A stretch of 64,000 bases of DNA from assembly GCA_965285935.1 (NCBI GenBank), contig OZ260665.1:25792001-25856000 (forward strand). The letters run 5' to 3'. Numbering within the stretch: position 1 is the stretch's first letter; each line of letters starts with the position of its first letter. The translations under genes and the position numbers were made by a program. The stretch comes from Ophelia neglecta. Taxonomy: Eukaryota. Below, piece after piece: positions 41,201-52,056 of this stretch. The notes under the pieces are model-generated. The model saw only the letters and a program-made list of their open reading frames with translations, made no database searches and was not told the DNA's origin.

Positions 41201-44200
41201 TCTGGGCCCGGAAGTTCCGACAGAGCACCTGCCCTGCTTCCTGCCCTGTTTTAGACCGCCGAGAAAGACTTTTTTTCAGGGCTGCCATGGAAAAACAAAT
41301 CCGCTTTTCCTTTCTTTCAATCTTCTTGTCTTGAGCATCCTGAGTTTAATAAGAGAGTTGTATCCATTAGGATCTCTCTAGAGATTCCTGGGGAGGGCGA
41401 CAGGGACTGATCAATATTAACCTTAAAGATTTATCAGGAAAAGCACTCTGGCATCATGGGTAGTACTCAATTGACAAAATGTTTCCAACCAATCTGTTGG
41501 ACTTCATGCAACTGATGGAAAAGGTAAAAAATGAATTTGGCATAAGGCTCAATATTATTGGATTGTACTTAGGAGCAATTTACTTCTTAATTTCTTCCCT
41601 TTAACAGGCAACTCTTTTTTTTTGGATAATAATAGTCTTTTTCCCAAGTAATGCGCACCTATGTGATCTTAAAAAAACCACTGAGCCCAAATAATGCCAG
41701 TCAATGGGATAGATAGATTCAATCGGCCCAGTTGTTATGGATTTTCACATATTTTTGGGTGCTTTCAATCAGATATGTATCAACCTCAACCAACTCTGGC
41801 AAAAAAACGGCAAACTAAAGGGAAGAAGCACTATCATGTGACCACGCCAACCCTATAAACTCAATATAAGTTGTGCTTAGCACAACGAGTAAGGATGCTA
41901 ATAATAATCAAATATAAATACAAATTAAAACAGTTATATAAATAATTTGCAGATTAGATTTGTTAATTGCAGATTAATTCAAGATTTAAAAAAATATTTT
42001 TAAATCGTTTGAATATACATCAGGACATAGACGGAAGTGTTTTGGTTTACCAGGTGACCAGTGAATGATCAGAAGGCTGGTTTTGGTTAAGTTGGTAAGA
42101 TCCTGCACTCCCATTGATGATAAAAACAACATTTAAAACTGTGAAAATATCATTTCAGGTGCAACACAGCTGTAAACAGATTATAGACAAGTAACATGGC
42201 TACCTTCAAACATCTAATTCATATTGATAGCTCAATTACATTGAAAGTTATTGATGTTTTCTTAGCACTAATTCAAGTACGAAATTTTTTCCAATTTGCC
42301 ATATCTTGGTGACTTTTCAATCTCTGAAATATATTGACGCAGGCCCTGCTTAGAAGAAATCAGATTCCTGACTATTAATATAATATAGTGTATTTCTGAT
42401 TTTTCAGTTACTAGTTACTAGCCAACATGTCCAAAGTTTCTATAGAACCGTCTATTTAATTCAAAGGACAGATATTGACAAGACTGATTGTCACTACACG
42501 GAAAAAAGACATCTGCTTAAGTCATGCAAACACAGGCACCTAATGGTTGTCACATCACAGGTGATCAAACTTCACAGTACATAGACTAAAAAAATGCATG
42601 TACATGTAACTGTAAACTTGACTTACATATTCAGTAACTGTAACTCCTACTTCTGAATGACTCTCAGTGCTTGCCCCTGTAGTAGTATCTTCCAGTTTCC
42701 TTGATGTAGTCAGCCTATTTTCTGGTACATTTTCATCTGAGCTACTTGTAGCAATGCTATCGGAATGTTCTGAGATGCTTACGGTAAATGCAGACTTCTT
42801 CAACGGACTATTTTCTTCTTTGTTTGTTCTTTTATCACTACTCAGAGCTCTTTCTTCTGTCACAATAACCCCCTTCAGATCCATGGTGCGTAATTTACTA
42901 ACATCATTTATTTGTGGGTCCACTGATACCTCTTGGCTCGTTTTTAGTGATGGAGAATACAACTCACTACTGGAGTAATCAATCAGCAGAGAGTTTGGGG
43001 TTTGATATTCCTCACTTAGACTACTGACTCCTGAGGTTTGTGAGTCGGATGGAGATTGAGTATTAGTAGTTGTGTCTGACACGTCATCGCCGGTTTTGAC
43101 TTTAGTGACTTGGTCGAAGTTTAACAGTGGCTGTTGGGAAAAATCCCGATTCTCAGACTTTCTGACAAAATTGTCAAGTTTTCTTTCTGAAATAACATCT
43201 AAGGTTACTAAGCGTCCACAAATTATGTACATGTAAAAGCCGCAGCCCATAAACATGGTGCATTCAAATCAAAATTGTAACTCATAACTACTTACATATT
43301 TCATTTAAAAAAAAGTACTTTTACAATATAAAATGCAATACTTCCAAAAAGACATGTTTAAATGGCAAGGCATACCCAGGCTACAAACATGTTTTACATA
43401 AATATAACAAAAATAAAGCATCCCTTACGTTTCGAGTCGTTTTCTACTCGTTTGCTGGTGCCACTCCCAGCAGCAGATGGGCTGTCTTTACTAAATGCAC
43501 TTGAGAAGCTTCTCTTCAGACAAGACAGTGTTGATGTTAAGCTCTTCTGTAGAACAGAATCATTAATGTGGAAATGAGGAAACTATCTGAATTTTAGACA
43601 CTGACATTACTTTTTTGCAAGGTGCAGTACTACCCAAAATATTAAAACATGCCAAGCCACATAAGCTAGGAGCTCTTACCCAAAGAATTCCCCCATGTGT
43701 TATACAGAACCAGACTAGACTGGAACACATTCTACCGTCTAAAAACTCAGTAACGGGTCTTTGATTGTAGTGGTTAAATGGATGCCACTCACCAGCCACA
43801 TAATAACAAAGTAAACGTTTCAACAATAATACTTATTAAAAACACTTACAGTTCCGTTAGGAAGCAATATTTAAGTGACAATGATTACCTCTGGAGACCG
43901 GACAGGACAACTGGAGTGTTTCTTCCTAAATGTACAGGAAAAAAATCATAATATAAAGCATGAGAGACTTATAATAGTCGCAAGCCCATTGACTATACCA
44001 AGCACAGTTACACAAGTAGGAGATATTATCTATGCACCAGTTTGGACAATTGTCAAACTCTTTACCAATATCTATTTGGTCTGAGAGAAAATACTTGACA
44101 GACTTCACGCACAAGATTGAGAAGCACAGCCAAAGCAACTTAGAAGAATTTAGGAAGCTGCTTCCCATCTTCCTGCCCCCCCTTCACCCTATTACACTTA

Positions 44201-47200
44201 TATGCCCTTTTTTTACTTTAATTTAAGAGAAATTTATAAGAATAGAAATATTATTGTACAGAATTACAAGCAAGGGTATTTTAGGTTAGCAATGAAATAA
44301 TCCTGACTAAGGAATTCATTAATATCAAATATTTTTAATCAAACTAACTGTAGGGTACTCACAATGGTGACCTTCCTGAGAGGCCTACAGATGGTCTGTT
44401 GACCTGGTACACCGAGGACCTGGGTTCAAACAGGTGTATGAGGGATGCCTTGAGCGTGGCCAGAAGTAACTTCTCTTGTTGTAAGAACACCATCCTCTTG
44501 TCCGGTGTGACATTCACATCCACAGACTCTACAAGGTCACAGAATCAATAACACTACATGTTACATGTACATGGGAAGACCCAGATTTTTGCTGTGGATT
44601 TTTCACCATTGCACTGCTTCCCATCACTACAGGTAGATGTCTCCTAACATACTAATATATGCTAATACATGCAATATAGATATGGAAGCAGGAACCAACT
44701 TACAACCCACGCCTGCAGGGGTCTACACTAACTATTGCCTGATGTCCCGGGGCACCTCAAATCTGCTTGCAGGCACAAAGGTTTTAGTAACTAACTTCTT
44801 GCCGGGCAACCTGCTAAAATTCCCCGAATCGCCGATTGTTGGATATCTTGTATATTGTATATATACAAAAAAAATTGGGACACTAAGCCTATGGTGCGGG
44901 CAAGTAGTTTCCTGGTGCTACTAGGGTTGAAATACATGGCAGGTAGAGTAAAAATATAGCAAACCGTTGTGCAAAAAGGGCTATTTTAGAACATCTCTAT
45001 CATAGACGATATGGATTTAAATATAAATAAGGGTTTAGTCATTCAAAAAGGGAGTGTGTGGGAATATGTCACTGTCTATCCCCCCCCCCAAACTTCACAA
45101 ATGGAATAGCTATAAATAAATTGTAAAAGGCAACACCTAGGCCAACCATTCTTGCAAAACACCCTGAATATGTGCTCTGATAAATTGTAGCTTATGGCTG
45201 ACCAGTAGCTTAGCTTTGCTCAGTAGCCTCAAAGACACATTCAGATGTCTCTCCTTGAGTTTGTCTAACTTGAATTTTAAGCTCTAGCTTACCTTTGTCC
45301 AGTGTGACGTCCAGTAAAACAAAGGGGTACTGGTGTCTGTTGTACATGTGGTACACCTCATTAACCAACTTGGATACCTGCAATTATAAACGTTCTACCT
45401 TCATTCAATATAAGAAGTTATTTCAATTCACTTTTGGCACAAAACATTGTCCCATACTTTGAATCAAGTCTAAGTCAGGACAATATATCAAATTAAAAAC
45501 TTAGCTTCCCAAAACTACAACATCCATGTAAATTGCATTGTCTCATATGGGATATTATAACAATCATGCCGAAAACAATTGTTCCAGTTTCAGACTTTTT
45601 GTCGTAACATCATGAACCTGCATTTCATCGAGACATTGTACTGACGGTGAACTAATGTTTTTTTGCAATTTGAAGTGAATTTAAGTCAATTTTTCTAGTA
45701 AAAAAAACGTTGAAATGAAATGAAATTGAAAAAAAAGGAAATAGGTACAATGTGTGGAATTATTTGGACTATTGGATTCCAGGGGGTTTTTTCCCAGTAA
45801 TTTCCAATACTTGCCTTGCATGCCATGATAACACTGGGGTCCCCATGCCCTTTACATGGAGAAGCTGTAGAATTCTGTTTCATCAATCATAACAATATAG
45901 CCATGCTTGTTAACTCTTAGAGCATGCTTAACCTATTACTCACAAAACACTACACATCAATTCTTACCTTCAGTACATCACAAGGCCTTTTGTTGATGAA
46001 GTAGTATTGCCGATCAGCACTACTTCGTCCACAGCCATGTTCACTGCTGGACACGAACCCTTGCACACTGAAATCATCAGAAGAAAGTATCAGAGACGTT
46101 TCTGGCTAATGAGTAGCATAGAGCATCGTTACCTAAATAACCAATAAACTAATAAACTCATTGGGCATTCTACATTGTGTGAACTGGAGTCCAAGGCCTA
46201 AAATGCACTCAAAACAACCTCTATGATTGTGAGTAAAAAATCACAAAACATACATGTATACATAAATCAATACTTAACAAAATTATTACCAGAAGAGTTT
46301 GCCGTTGTCCTTGTCTGCCGTCTTGACGTTAAAGCTTGAACATAGCTCTTCATTAGGTGAAATTTGTTGGAATGGGATAAGATTCTGCATCTGAAATACA
46401 CGCAGGAACCAGAAATAACAACTGCCATTCAGAATAGGTGCTCGCATGTCAAAGCATAAGACTTGATCCAAGTACCAGTTTTCATATACAATCTTTACTC
46501 CCATAGGATTCAAGGTTCGCATACATCTATCATACAATATTAGTGTAGTTTTTTTTTATGATTTAAACTGGGCGACTTTTATGTCTTTCATAATTTTTTT
46601 ATCAATAACATTCCAAATATATTGGATAGGCATGAAGGGCTCATTGGGTTTTCATCAGTCACCATTATACCATTTAATTTTTAGCCATATTAAAAACATT
46701 TCTTCAATATCAAGTCATATATCATTTTGAAGGATAATATCTATGTAAGTATTGTTTAAAAATACACACTATGATGACCTATTAGCTGGCACAGTATACA
46801 CAGTTCTTCAACACAACCCCATGTTAACTAGTGTACTTCACACTTAATACCAGGGTGTTCATGAAACTTCATAAAATAGTTCACCAGAAATGTGGCAATT
46901 GTCAAATATATTACATCTAGCTGTCAATCAATGACCAGACTTGGGTTTAGAAGTCCAAACTTGTCCATAAAAAGCCTTGAAATCAGAATATTCAGGAAAA
47001 ATAATTATATGTTAATTAGGGCCAGACTTGCTTTATCAGAAGCAACCACTGATTGGATATCTTAATATTCGTCAAGAAATTATCAGCCAGAGAATTCCTT
47101 GGAGAGATTTTGCCATTAGGTTGTCATAACAAAGTCCACGGAAGCATCATTTCCTCTTCTACAGTATTACCTGTTTGGCTCCAAATATATTTGTAATATT

Positions 47201-50200
47201 TTCCTTTAAAGTATTATTCCCTCCCGTGTTTACAACAATATTTTTCTTCCTACAAAACAAAAATATATGTACATCAAAAGTTTAAGAATATATTAGTAAG
47301 AAAAGAGTTAATATATACATCTGTAAAACTGATGTGCCCCATGCGACCAAAACACATTGTAGCAAATTAGAGTATGTTTGTATTTATATGTACGACTTCA
47401 TATGATTGTTTCAACTGTAGAGTACTAGTTGAGAGGTATACATTCTGAGACTTGACGATTTAATGACGGGAATGATAACGATAAGTTTAAGCAACTTTTT
47501 TCATGAATTTCATATAATGGATTTAATTATTTATGATATTCACTTTAATATGGTGTTCTCTTCATTATCGGAAGAAATAACGGTATATATATTTGTTTTA
47601 AAAAGTATCTAATGATATCTTACCCTTTTCCCACCTGGTTGGTACAAGATATTCTCACTCCGGTGCTGATGAGACAGTAGGCATTGAGGACTTGAGCCAT
47701 CTTAGCAAACTCCTTCTTTAAGTTTCTCAAGAACTCCTTGTGTCTGACTGGCAGGGTAGAGAACAGCTGCTCCAGGCTCACCGTGGTGCCCGTCTGAGGA
47801 AAATCAGTAACAGAAATACATACAAATTTGAACACTTTTCCTCAGAACTGATGGACTGTCTCATGCATATATTTTTTATCGTCAAAAAATGGTACGCAGG
47901 TACCTTTGTATTATGTTTTCATTTTCCCACTTTAATCTAAAAAGAATATTTACAAGGGCCTTAAATCTTTTATGTTAAAGGAGTGAGGCAGGGCTGTTTT
48001 CATTTCCCTAATTCATGAAAAAATTATTTTGTCACAGTTTGTCCAAGAATGTAGTTTGGACCTAATAAAAGATCAACTTTTAACAACTGGAGATTTGGTG
48101 TGTGCAGTAAGAATGGCGGAACTTCAAAAACACATAATATTTCATGGCCTATATTTTTACTCTTATTTAATCAAGCCACTTTGGGGAAACACATTGACAA
48201 TACACTAAATGGGAAAAACAGGCATTGTTGGGGGTGTTGAGTTGTACATGTCTACTTACTTGTCTGGGCGAGGCTGTCACTTTGATGATTTTTCCGTTAT
48301 GATTATATTCTATTTTGCTTCCTATTTTTGCTTCTTTGTGGCAAGTGGTGACAGTCAACTTACTGGAATAAATATCAAATGATATGCTTCATTGTTAATT
48401 ATCCTCCTTGTGACTGTATACATAAGATTTATTAGAATTTGGAATAAAATTAAAATGGGAATTTGCCAATTATATCTTTCCCTGCTTGGAAAATGATCAC
48501 AGAACCTAGACCTTTACTTGTCCTTTTTTATGATGAGTTTTAAAACAGTCTTTACTACCATTTTTTTTCCTTCTGCCTTGTCCATGACTTGTCAAAATAT
48601 TTTCAAAAACCAACATATTAAAAGAGGAGGGAAATGATATCTGTCTAAAACGCAAGGATTTCTGTTGTCAACTTACAGTGTTATCAGTGAAAAACTTGGT
48701 TAAAATTGATTTAAGGTGTATACCTAAGTGCACACAGGGAGCTGAGAGCTTCCCCTCGGAATCCAAATGTGTTAACATTCACCAGGTCAGAGAACTCCTG
48801 CAGCTTAGAGGTATGGTGCTTCAAGGCTGTAAAATAAAATGACCTCTTTTACACCACGCCTCTTCAGTCAGAAGAGGAAATAGTGTAAGGCATAATAATA
48901 ACATAAAATAAAAAATCTAAATATAAAGATAATCAGGGCACTGTTCAATACTGCCAGCTGGCACTCACACTACAACCATCTAACGAAATGAATGCATGTA
49001 CAAGAACTCCTGCAGACACCACAGTGCTGGCAAATCTCATTTGTATTTGGCTAACAGTTTTCATTGTGATGGCGCCCATGCCTTACTTAGCACTTACCCT
49101 CCTTTTATCGTACAAAATCATTCCATTTTAGCCTTTTTTGCTATGATTTTGGGGGTTTTAAGTATTCTTGGTTCACATTGATATCTATGTGCTCTGGGTT
49201 CTTATTACAGTGAATATGGTAACCACAATATAAGCTGCACCCCAAATCCCATAAATCACAGCAACAGGATGAACAAAAGATTAAACAGATTAAATTGAGG
49301 TTTATTTTCAGAGTCTATTTATTAATGTGATTTCCAGTATCCAATGGTCAGCCATGTACCCAGTTAGGCCCAGAAGGGACCTTTTGGTGTTTTTTTCTGC
49401 TTTTCAAGCCAGGACATAATACAACTTGTTAACTAGGCACTTAAATCAACTCTTGTTAGGTCTGACCAGGTTGGTAAATTATCCTCGAATGCCTTTTATC
49501 CCAACAGCTGTTTCCAAACAAAGCATTTTTATCTGTACTCCTGATCGACGGATGTAGCACATTCATTTTTGTCAGTTGTCAGTGTCATACCAATAAACAG
49601 GGTACATGTACATGTTCATAATTCAAAACACACTCTGGCCTGACTTCAAATTAAGATAAAAAGTCAATTCAGCCATACATTGAAAGGGGGGGGGGGTTAA
49701 ATAAGTTTGTTGTATCATTCAAATATAAAATGTAGATATAATAATGAGCTTATTATGCCTTATACCTTGGTATTTTCTAATTTCAATGATGCAACAATCA
49801 ACTTTAAGTTTGTATTTAAACTAACTCATCTGTAAATTTATTGTTCCAGGATGTAAATGTTAATACAATGTTATACATGTACCATACCTAGTCCTGCAAA
49901 GTTCCCCTCCTCTACTCCACTGCCGTTGTCAATCACTTCCACCAACTCACTTCCGTATTCCTTCAGTCGTATTTCTGGAGACGGAAAAATATAATGCATG
50001 CAAAGGAGGCAAGAGCTGAAAGCTTTATAAAGTCAAAATGTACATAATATCTGGCTTATACTGCAGTTATTAACCTTAAAAACACTACTCATGAGTGATA
50101 TGCTTATTGTTTTCTTTCCTGCATCATCAACATGGATCTAAAAGGAATCTTTCTTCGACTAGTTTTGACATGACTTTATAATGACAACATCTCCTGTTTA

Positions 50201-50451
50201 TGTAGAGGTTAAAGTTGATTGGGCAATTACTCACCAATATTAGTCGCACCAGCATCAACACTGTTTTCGACCAGCTCTTTGATGGCGGTGGCCAGATTTA
50301 AGACAACCTGGCCTGAACAAATCCTGTGAACACAGCTTCGGTCTATGGCTTGTATACTACTAGCATGACCAGGGGAAGGCAGAGATGCGGCTATGTCAGA
50401 TTTAGTTTCATCTTCACTACAAGGGGGTACAGTTTTCATCTCCTGACTCAT
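32167..50451 (-). CDS. PMS2: Mismatch repair endonuclease PMS2 (MutL-alpha subunit), 22 coding exons, 902 aa
   Basis: Exons 50235-50451, 49888-49974, 48724-48826, 48260-48362, 47624-47793, 47171-47249, 46290-46390, 45968-46067, 45293-45377, 44363-44528, 43889-43925, 43429-43546, 42627-43186, 41149-41339, 40108-40144, 38830-38960, 38433-38533, 36740-36808, 33931-33968, 33649-33753, 32787-32822, 32167-32241. All introns are GT-AG with consistent phases; total 2709 nt. Motifs: [59 protein letters not shown]. Confidence 0.96.
32787..32822 (-). CDS. PMS2: PMS2 coding exon 21 (36 nt)
   Basis: [12 protein letters not shown]. Confidence 0.93.
33649..33753 (-). CDS. PMS2: PMS2 coding exon 20
   Basis: [35 protein letters not shown] (ACR motif). 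Confidence 0.96.
33931..33968 (-). CDS. PMS2: PMS2 coding exon 19 (38 nt)
   Basis: [13 protein letters not shown]. Confidence 0.92.
34690..36100 (+). mobile_element. Old, heavily decayed non-LTR retrotransposon RT region (RTE-X/CR1-like) in PMS2 intron 18
   Basis: Fragments across shifting frames: [44 protein letters not shown]...[27 protein letters not shown]. Boundaries approximate. Confidence 0.75.
36740..36808 (-). CDS. PMS2: PMS2 coding exon 18
   Basis: [23 protein letters not shown]. Confidence 0.92.
37418..37458. repeat. Perfect 41-bp palindrome (20-bp arms, 1-nt centre)
   Basis: AAAAAAGCACATACTTGTGT-G-ACACAAGTATGTGCTTTTTT. Confidence 0.95.
38433..38533 (-). CDS. PMS2: PMS2 coding exon 17
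   Basis: [34 protein letters not shown]. Confidence 0.95.
38830..38960 (-). CDS. PMS2: PMS2 coding exon 16 (endonuclease motif)
   Basis: [43 protein letters not shown], containing DQHA(X)2E(X)4E. Confidence 0.96.
40108..40144 (-). CDS. PMS2: PMS2 coding exon 15 (37 nt)
   Basis: [13 protein letters not shown]. Confidence 0.92.
41069..41138. repeat. 19-bp tandem repeat, about 3.7 copies, in PMS2 intron 14
   Basis: GGCCAGCGGCCATGTTTCT units. Confidence 0.9.
41149..41339 (-). CDS. PMS2: PMS2 coding exon 14
   Basis: ...[10 protein letters not shown]...[23 protein letters not shown], a PMS2-typical motif. Confidence 0.92.
42627..43186 (-). CDS. PMS2: PMS2 coding exon 13 (S/T/E-rich disordered linker)
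   Basis: [15 protein letters not shown]...VTVTEY within ORF 42555-43256; TTTCAG/GTAAGT boundaries. Confidence 0.85.
43429..43546 (-). CDS. PMS2: PMS2 coding exon 12
   Basis: [39 protein letters not shown]; CTACAG/GTAAGG boundaries. Confidence 0.8.
43889..43925 (-). CDS. PMS2: PMS2 coding exon 11 (37-nt linker micro-exon)
   Basis: [12 protein letters not shown]; needed to convert phase 2 to phase 0; TTTAG/GTAATC boundaries. Confidence 0.7.
44363..44528 (-). CDS. PMS2: PMS2 coding exon 10
   Basis: [36 protein letters not shown]...; donor GTGAGT. Confidence 0.93.
45293..45377 (-). CDS. PMS2: PMS2 coding exon 9
   Basis: [28 protein letters not shown]. Confidence 0.95.
45968..46067 (-). CDS. 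PMS2: PMS2 coding exon 8
   Basis: [33 protein letters not shown]. Confidence 0.95.
46290..46390 (-). CDS. PMS2: PMS2 coding exon 7
   Basis: [33 protein letters not shown]. Confidence 0.9.
47171..47249 (-). CDS. PMS2: PMS2 coding exon 6
   Basis: [26 protein letters not shown]. Confidence 0.93.
47624..47793 (-). CDS. PMS2: PMS2 coding exon 5
   Basis: [57 protein letters not shown]. Confidence 0.95.
48260..48362 (-). CDS. PMS2: PMS2 coding exon 4
   Basis: [35 protein letters not shown]; AG/GTAAG boundaries. Confidence 0.93.
48724..48826 (-). CDS. PMS2: PMS2 coding exon 3
   Basis: [34 protein letters not shown] (MutL signature). Confidence 0.96.
49888..49974 (-). CDS. PMS2: PMS2 coding exon 2
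   Basis: [29 protein letters not shown] (GHKL DNGxG motif). Confidence 0.95.
50235..50451 (-). CDS. PMS2: PMS2 coding exon 1
   Basis: MSQEM...[40 protein letters not shown]; donor GTGAGT; in-frame stop upstream of the ATG. Confidence 0.92.
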
Positions 50452-51809
50452 TTTCTCTATAGATAGTTAACTAGTGTCGTTGGAATGGTTGTTCATTTGC
50501 TTGAAGTGCTAGGTCTGCTATGTTGTAGCTTAATTTCGAAGTTGTACTTAGGCCATTCTGTTACTCATACTAACTGAAATATGAAATAAATACCAAATTA
50601 GCCACATCCATGTTTATTGATTACCTGCGAACTCAAATAGTTGTTTTCAAATAGAAATATAGTATCATACGATACCGGTATTTAAGCTAACTTAAGGTTT
50701 GGATTCCCTTAGAATCAGTGTTATCAGTTTTAACACTATGGCTCTCCCCCTTTCATGTTTTCCAGAAAAGTCAGAAGTCACTGGTTTTTGCCTACACGCA
50801 AGTGCCTATATAATAAGACCATTGGAATTTCGTTGCCATAAGTCAAACTTGTTTGTGACAGGGACAAAGTTCAAATTAGTTTCCTCACTCGACACTGACT
50901 ACAGCCGGATGGCTGGAATGGGTTGAGATTTGTTCTCAAAAGGAATTAAACTAAATAATATAATTTTTTTTGACATTATGGTTGTTTGGTATGATTTTCA
51001 GGCACCTCTGTCTCTTTTTGGAAAAGAAACTTCCCTTGTTTGGCAGATATGCCAAATTTGGGTAAATCTGTGTTAAAATATATCGGAAAGTCTATCTGAT
51101 TTCCAAAAGTTATTTAGTGAATAAAATAAGGGTGATAGCAACAAACTTAAAATTTAAAATGTTAACTAAGTACATAAAATACATAAATCAAGTTTTAAAA
51201 AACTTTACCGTACAGTCCATGATCTTTGATTTTAAATATTATATAAAATAATTATACCACTAAATGATTCCTTGCATGATTAAGATTCTTCCAATATTGT
51301 CAAACCAGCAGGGCCGGGTAAAGTATCAGAAATCAGTCCCGAACGAGGTCGGAATCAAACATGTGTGTAATGCTGGCGACTAGTTATACGTTAAAAGCTC
51401 TGGACTAGGCCTGGTGATGTCCTGTCCCACAGGCCCTTTTCAGTTGTTTAATATAGCCTTACACTAGACTTGTAACATAGCTAGGGCAAAAGAACTCTAT
51501 TATCGTTCACCAAGTTTGGAGTACTAAAATTATTAAGTACGAAATCAAATTAGCTGATCCGTGACAGCGACTCGCCAAGTGCATATTATGACAATGGAAT
51601 AACACTCACTACTTTACTCAATGACGACAAACTGTCATCCCTTGTTTGCTGGCCTAATGTCACATTTACTGACACTCTCACCCGGACCTGTGTTAGCGGG
51701 AATTTGGCTAGATATACACCATCAAATCTCGTGTTCCGAAGAGAGATGATTTGGGAATTGGGTCCCTGTCTGGCCAAATTAAGTAGTATCACTAGGGATC
51801 AGCCATATA

Positions 51810-52056
51810 CCGTATTGTCGTGCACATAAGCGCACGCGCCTATAGTCGATTTTTTGCATTTTTGCATAGGGAAAATATAACCTTTATTCGAATATAAGCT
51901 CAGGGTGTGCTTGTAGGGGGTCTGAAAGTAGGCTGGGGAGGGGGGGGGGGGGAGGGGCCTCAGTGAAGGGAGGCTGGAGGGGGGAGGGGGTAGATACAGT
52001 TGTCTGCTCAAAATATATTTCCCCAATACTGTGGGTTTAACAATCGACGAATATGA
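51810..52056. mobile_element. Degenerate pogo/Tc1-like MITE
   Basis: Left end TA|CCGTATTGTCGTGCACATAAGCGCAC resembles CCGTA-type TIRs; the right TIR is poorly conserved. Confidence 0.3.

Noticed and set aside
42667-42978. 103-aa plus-strand ORF
   Set aside because: Antisense shadow of PMS2 exon 13.
43563-43586. Alternative acceptor TTCAG at 43587 for PMS2 exon 12
   Set aside because: It leads to stops in all three frames; the acceptor at 43547 keeps the frame.
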